DNA from: Fidelibacterota bacterium
GTDB lineage: Bacteria; Fidelibacterota; Marinisomatia; Marinisomatales; TCS55
Assembly (NCBI GenBank): GCA_046861385.1
Contig: JBHHTW010000009.1
Location: 1-64,000, forward strand
Direction: 5' to 3'
DNA: 64,000 nucleotides
Of the stretch, positions 59,039 to 64,000 are shown piece after piece. The position numbers and the translations under genes were made by a program. Below the pieces are notes generated by a model. The model was given only the letters and a program-made list of their open reading frames with translations, was not told the DNA's origin and did not search any database. Position 1 is the stretch's first letter, and each line of letters begins with the position of its first letter.

Positions 59039-61084
59039 ATGGTTCGAATTATTAAAATAATTTTGATTATCGTTCCAGTTTCATTCCTGGTTGCTTTTCA
59101 GACAGTATCCGGTATAATAGTTGATGAAAAAGGTCTTTTCGTTCGCTATGCAACAGTGAGGCATATAGAAAGTGATAGCTGGGCAATAGCGGATGAGGAG
59201 GGAATATTTTCACTCCAAACCAAATTATCTATTGGAGATACTTTGGTTATTTCGAGAATTGGATTTTCAACTGCTTACCATGCAATCACAAATCAAACTT
59301 CACAGGAAATAGTCCTTTCGAAAAAAGTACTGGTTTTGGATCCTGTTCAAGTGATGGGGAATAAACCGATTGCTAATGGCGGTTTGAACAAAATCACCCA
59401 AGCAGAAATGGATCCCTTTTCTAGAAAAAATGCTTTGAATAGACTGCCTGGATCGATGATTAGGACCTATGGCGGATTGGCAGGCGTCACAACTGTAAGC
59501 ATGGATGGTGGAGAAGCAGTACATACGAAGGTCGTTCTAGATGGCATTGATCTTACGAATGCCCAGAATGGCCTAACCGACTTATCCGATATTCCTTTGG
59601 CACTTATGCATAACCTGTTTTTAGGTCGTTCACCAAATGTCTATTATGGTTCAGGATCATTTGATGGTGTAATTCATATACGAACTCTTTTCACTCAATC
59701 ATATATTAATTTTGGCAGCGGTTCATTTGGTTACCAAAATGGGGCAGGTGGTTATAGTCATTCCACATCAAATACCCATATTCAACTACAGTTTGGTCTC
59801 ACATCATCTGAAGGAGATTATCCATACACAACGGTTGATTCAACCAGTATTCGATCCAACAACGATTATGAACAACAATTTATTAGCGGACATTACCAGT
59901 ATACCAATTCTAACCGAATCATAAAAGGATCTATCCTCGCAACAGATCATAATCGTGGTGTCGCTGGATCTTTGTCTTGGCCCAGCCCAAATGCGCGACG
60001 GAAAAATAACCTTATTTTAACAGGGTTAGAATTCATTCAAATACTGGAAAATGGACATCTACGCTTTCAAGCCTACCATCGAACGAGCGATGAGAAATTC
60101 AAAGATAGTAGTATTGGGACGGATAGCCAGCATAAGGTTGGTACTGATGGAGCAAAAATCCTTGGACAGTATCAATTAAACAAAGTCATAGGAGTGGATG
60201 GTTTTGTTGCTGCAAAATTTGAATCTATTGAAAGTACAGATGTAGGTGACAGGGAAAGAGACACCAAAGCATACGGTCTACAGGCATTGATTCAGCCAAT
60301 TAATTCCATTTTTATTAAACCCGGTATCAGGGCAGATATTATTGATAAAACCCAGGAAACATCATTTGAGGTTGAAACAACGCTTGATTTAAATAAGATT
60401 GGTAAATTCACTGCCATAATTGGAACCGGTTTTCATGTACCGTCCTTTAACGATCTTTACTGGCCATCAGATCCTTATAGCAAAGGGAATCCTGATCTTG
60501 AGCCGGAGAATAGTGAATTCCAAATTATCCGGTGGAATAATACGTTTGGGAAACACCTTAATTACGCAATTGAGTATCGTGAAAGAAAAAGTCAAAATCT
60601 CATTGTTTGGGCTGCAGATGAAAACTATATATGGAAACCGCAAAACCTTGATAAATCAGATCGGAAAAATTTAATCATTTCAGCTTCTATACCGGCCAGC
60701 ATTTCTGGATTGACCATTTCAGGAAGTGTAACACGCACTTTGGCAAAAGATATCACGACGGGGAAAGCATTACAGTATATCCCAGAATCTTCCGCAAACA
60801 TTATGGTGAGTTACATTTTAGGTGATATCCAACTTGAGCTCCAAAGCAAGTATGTTGGTGAAAGATCATACCAGGTATATGATAATAATTATGAAAAAGT
60901 GGACAAAATACTTAAGTCTTTCCAAGATATTAATGCCGGAGTTCATTTCACTCTCCCGATTTTGAATCAATCTTTACGGATTCATTTAATAGCCGAAAAT
61001 ATTCTGGATAAAAATACTGCATTCTTTCCAGATTATCCCGAGCCGGGGCGCAGTATGAAAATGGGGATAACAATTAATTTATAG
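59039..61084 (+). CDS. btuB: TonB-dependent cobalamin receptor
   Basis: Plug RTYGG..VVLDG..DLS..YGSG; PSFNDLYW..GNPDLEPE; YPEPGR..GITINL; preceded by a cobalamin riboswitch. Confidence 0.85.
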   Translation: MVRIIKIILIIVPVSFLVAFQTVSGIIVDEKGLFVRYATVRHIESDSWAIADEEGIFSLQTKLSIGDTLVISRIGFSTAYHAITNQTSQEIVLSKKVLVLDPVQVMGNKPIANGGLNKITQAEMDPFSRKNALNRLPGSMIRTYGGLAGVTTVSMDGGEAVHTKVVLDGIDLTNAQNGLTDLSDIPLALMHNLFLGRSPNVYYGSGSFDGVIHIRTLFTQSYINFGSGSFGYQNGAGGYSHSTSNTHIQLQFGLTSSEGDYPYTTVDSTSIRSNNDYEQQFISGHYQYTNSNRIIKGSILATDHNRGVAGSLSWPSPNARRKNNLILTGLEFIQILENGHLRFQAYHRTSDEKFKDSSIGTDSQHKVGTDGAKILGQYQLNKVIGVDGFVAAKFESIESTDVGDRERDTKAYGLQALIQPINSIFIKPGIRADIIDKTQETSFEVETTLDLNKIGKFTAIIGTGFHVPSFNDLYWPSDPYSKGNPDLEPENSEFQIIRWNNTFGKHLNYAIEYRERKSQNLIVWAADENYIWKPQNLDKSDRKNLIISASIPASISGLTISGSVTRTLAKDITTGKALQYIPESSANIMVSYILGDIQLELQSKYVGERSYQVYDNNYEKVDKILKSFQDINAGVHFTLPILNQSLRIHLIAENILDKNTAFFPDYPEPGRSMKMGITINL

Positions 61085-61281
61085 GAATTTTAGGAAATAA
61101 CAATCAACGATAAATTCTACTAGCTTGTCGAGTTGGTATTGATCCGAGTGCATAAAATTATTTGTATTGATCTGGAAGGAAATGTCCAACATCTAATTGA
61201 AGTCGACTCCTTCTCGACCGATTTAATTGTTCATAACAAATAGAAAATTGAACCGTTTGAATATTATTAAAAACTGATCTC

Positions 61282-61366
61282 AACCACCCCCGAAACCCCT
61301 CCTTCTTGTTCAAGGAGGGGATGGCCACCAACATTTTCGAAATTCCGGTTTACGCGAGGGGTGGTT
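61282..61366. repeat. GC-rich nested palindromic repeat between convergent genes
   Basis: AACCACCCCCG...CGAGGGGTGGTT enclosing CCCCTCCTT-CTTGTTC-AAGGAGGGG. Confidence 0.6.
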
Positions 61367-61475
61367 AATTACATATTTTATTTTATTTGTTTATTTAACC
61401 ATGTGTAATATGTAATTGTTTTCATGAAGGAGACTTTATCCCCCCATGAATCCGTGCGGTATGCAACAAAATACT

Positions 61476-63164
61476 TTAATCTTTAAACGTCCAGAAAATG
61501 CTAAACATAATCAATCGACCCATGGGAGGATAAGTCGAATTATACTGGACCAGAAAATCCCCCACTTCTTTATCCGGGAACATTTTTAACGCATTGGGTT
61601 CAATCGCTTGTAAAATGTTTCGCACGGACCATGTAATGGTCATGGATGAGATGGTAGCAGACACATCGAAATGAAGAAGCCAAATATCGGTGAGGTTAAC
61701 GGAAGCCGTACTCGGTTCCATTGGTACTCCATCCAATGGAGACAGTAAATCAGGTCCTTTTCTGTTCAATAATCCTTCACCGAATAACTTTGCAGATAAA
61801 TCAAACCGGTTAAAAAATCGCTCTTTTTCAAAGTTAAGTTGAAAAAATAGTCGATTCCCAATTCCATCCGATAAGTAATAATTCCCATTTTGGATTGAGT
61901 ATGATCCTTTAAATGACATGTATTTTAATAAGTTAAACTGTCCAACGAATTCAATAGTAGAATAATCACCCTTTTTTAAGTTATTTATGAACGACGCCCC
62001 TTGATAATAATGTAATCCGGTTTTACCATATTTAAAATCAGCCATAGCTGAAAAATCTGCCAATATTACCTTTTCGAGATTATTGCGATGGTTCGCTTCC
62101 CAGATACTAAAATGGGTTGGTTTAAATTGATCTGAATACTTTGCATTGATCGATAAATATTTCCATGATTTCAAATATTCTGCAGCGATATATCTCGACG
62201 TTCCACCTTTATCAAAAAACGATCCGCCATAAGTAACACTGAGTTCGCTCCATTTTAATTTGGTAAATGATGTCGCCCAATTCGTTTGTCTGTAAACAGT
62301 ATCTACCATTGTTACAGATTGTGTATTTAAGTCTAACCCGAAGGATATTTCAAATCCCTCAATTTCGAATCCATTCAGCTGGTTCTGCCAGCGGCTTCGG
62401 TTGATATATTGACTTTTCCAATTTGGATACCAAGATGCTTCTACACGGCGCCATTGCTGAAAAAGTGCCAAATGGGATGTTAATTGAATATTATCTCCTG
62501 GTGATTTCGTTAGAATTCCGGCTGTTAATATTTCATCTTCAAATAGTCCTTTCGAGAATGATGTGTCCGGAAGTCCGGATTCTGTCACGAGACGTGCTGC
62601 CGCTGCATCTAACGACCAGCCATTATATTCTGAACCATATTCCAATATATAGGTTTGCTGCATGGGTACAGTCATGCCATCCGGATGAAAAAACTGACCT
62701 TCTCTACCGGCGTAACTTCTCTTAAATCCATGCAGTTTGACATACCGATTTGGCTTATTAAAACCAATATTGATAGCCAGTTGATCGTAATTATAATCTC
62801 CAATTTTGTAGTCTAATGCTGATTTAATCAATGATGTGTCTTGCGTTTGGTAAGTGAATTTGGGGATTTGGTTTGAGGTTAATAATGCAAAACGGGATAT
62901 GATTTGATCGCCGTATCTCTGTGAATAAAATGTATAAGATCCGTCGAATAAAAGCGGTCCTGAAGTCCAATCTGAATTCCAAAATAATCTACCATTCACA
63001 ATAGATGACCCATATTGCCCGCTCCAATCATAAGGTCGTTCGATAATATTTTGACTATATAACCCGGATGCAATAAAAAATACAAATAGAACAATCCTTA
63101 TGGGGAGTACTTTGCCCATTGTTTTATCCCAAACATTCATCACTAATAATTTTTGTTCTCTCAT
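61476..63164 (-). CDS. Exported hypothetical protein, probable outer-membrane barrel
   Basis: Signal peptide, aromatic amphipathic strands, C-terminal PPMGRLIMFSIFWTFKD; start may be internal (MGKVL). Confidence 0.7.
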   Translation of the reverse strand: MREQKLLVMNVWDKTMGKVLPIRIVLFVFFIASGLYSQNIIERPYDWSGQYGSSIVNGRLFWNSDWTSGPLLFDGSYTFYSQRYGDQIISRFALLTSNQIPKFTYQTQDTSLIKSALDYKIGDYNYDQLAINIGFNKPNRYVKLHGFKRSYAGREGQFFHPDGMTVPMQQTYILEYGSEYNGWSLDAAAARLVTESGLPDTSFSKGLFEDEILTAGILTKSPGDNIQLTSHLALFQQWRRVEASWYPNWKSQYINRSRWQNQLNGFEIEGFEISFGLDLNTQSVTMVDTVYRQTNWATSFTKLKWSELSVTYGGSFFDKGGTSRYIAAEYLKSWKYLSINAKYSDQFKPTHFSIWEANHRNNLEKVILADFSAMADFKYGKTGLHYYQGASFINNLKKGDYSTIEFVGQFNLLKYMSFKGSYSIQNGNYYLSDGIGNRLFFQLNFEKERFFNRFDLSAKLFGEGLLNRKGPDLLSPLDGVPMEPSTASVNLTDIWLLHFDVSATISSMTITWSVRNILQAIEPNALKMFPDKEVGDFLVQYNSTYPPMGRLIMFSIFWTFKD

Positions 63165-63208
63165 TTTACTTTAACGCTCTTTGCGATATTTCTTCGTGCA
63201 CTTTAAGG

Positions 63209-63739
63209 CTAATCGCTTTTTACTAAATATTTTGTCACGCTGGGAACACCCACAGCAAAAACAACAGCGTTTGAGACTTGGTGCAATAGAGTAAAACCTA
63301 TGCCTGAAATATATAATCCAATCGTTCTGGATAAATCAAAACCGGCACTGATGGGGTAACTTAAAGTGGTTAATGAGTCGAAAATGAATGTTAATAAAAA
63401 ACCGGTAAGGCCGAGAAGAATACATTGGAAAGTTGAAATCGTTTTTTTAAAAAAGAAATGACCTAGAAATCCTCCACTAAAACCGATAAATACCATTCCA
63501 AGAATTTGAGATATGAATAGGGGGGGAAATGTTAATCCGGATCCCATCGGATTTAAACCGGAAAAAACCATCTCTGCAGTTCCTCCAATAACTACTCCCC
63601 AAGAAATTCCCAAATGCATCCCAGCCAAAAAAACGATCACTGAAATCAGTTCGATATTTGGAATCATGAGGAGGGCGAATCCGGCGCCAATAGCCAAAGC
63701 AGTGAAGATGGACGCCTGCACTAATTTATTCAGATTCAT
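63209..63739 (-). CDS. ECF transporter S component (CbrT-like)
   Basis: About 176 aa, 5-6 TM, AxxxA motif (ASIFTA), IPNIE, late H..SN; ATG 63739 overlaps the upstream gene end. Confidence 0.75.
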   Translation of the reverse strand: MNLNKLVQASIFTALAIGAGFALLMIPNIELISVIVFLAGMHLGISWGVVIGGTAEMVFSGLNPMGSGLTFPPLFISQILGMVFIGFSGGFLGHFFFKKTISTFQCILLGLTGFLLTFIFDSLTTLSYPISAGFDLSRTIGLYISGIGFTLLHQVSNAVVFAVGVPSVTKYLVKSD

Positions 63740-64000
63740 CCGATCCCTTGAATAAAGCAGTGCGGAAAATATTTTTTTTATTTGTCCATTTTCCTTCATT
63801 TTGATCATCATCAATTGCCTGCTTCATTAAATTCATTTTGGCATCCAAATTGTCAATCATATGCACGAGCAGGGCTTCCAAGAACACCGGCTGCTTAGGG
63901 CTGTGCCATTCATATCGTCCTTGATGGGATAAAATAATATGCTCCAATTGTTGTAAAAGTTCTTTTGGAAAATTTTTAATGTTTTTTGCAGCAGTCTTTA
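63726..64000 (-). CDS. HD-domain 3'-5' exoribonuclease YhaM/Cbf1-like (5'-partial)
   Basis: [13 protein letters not shown]...[11 protein letters not shown]; frame open to the window end. Confidence 0.85.
   Translation of the reverse strand, partial: KTAAKNIKNFPKELLQQLEHIILSHQGRYEWHSPKQPVFLEALLVHMIDNLDAKMNLMKQAIDDDQNEGKWTNKKNIFRTALFKGSDESE

Noticed and set aside
1-64000. CRISPR array, tRNA/rRNA genes, integrase, transposase, reverse transcriptase or phage genes
   Set aside because: None recognised by eye; no regularly spaced repeat-spacer array.

Overview
Low-GC bacterial chromosome window, most consistent with a non-Bacteroidetes FCB-group lineage such as Marinisomatota/Marinimicrobia. This is an inference from T9SS/FlgD-type C-terminal domains, a PorV/PorQ-like gene, scpAB and AGGAG-type ribosome-binding sites. 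Family calls come from motif recognition, not from searches. Left part: a PAS histidine kinase and response regulator; a decayed gene and a 143-bp MITE; then a ~16 kb surface/uptake locus (HsmA-like membrane protein, M16 and M1 metallopeptidases, a secreted protein with an exact 615-bp internal duplication, TonB-dependent receptor, large CxxCH-bearing partner, PorV/PorQ-like barrel, TolB-like protein). Next come TetR with a diheme cytochrome c, AlkD/SDR/DUF2867, and a beta-propeller-PAS-LuxR regulator beside a large secreted protein. Middle part: a full reductive pyrimidine catabolism set (deaminase, NCS2, hydA, ureidopropionase, aminotransferase, preT, preA, and mmsA 8 kb on), with an AbiE type IV toxin-antitoxin pair between two diverged copies of the preA 3' end. 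Right part: a metal-uptake operon led by a RAPP-motif upstream ORF; a transglutaminase-ABC operon; core genes (rluB, scpB, scpA, trpS); a cobalamin riboswitch with btuB; an ECF S component and a partial YhaM-like gene. The strongest novelty candidates are the RAPP leader peptide, the peptidase-TBDR-PorV locus and the preA-duplicating TA cassette.
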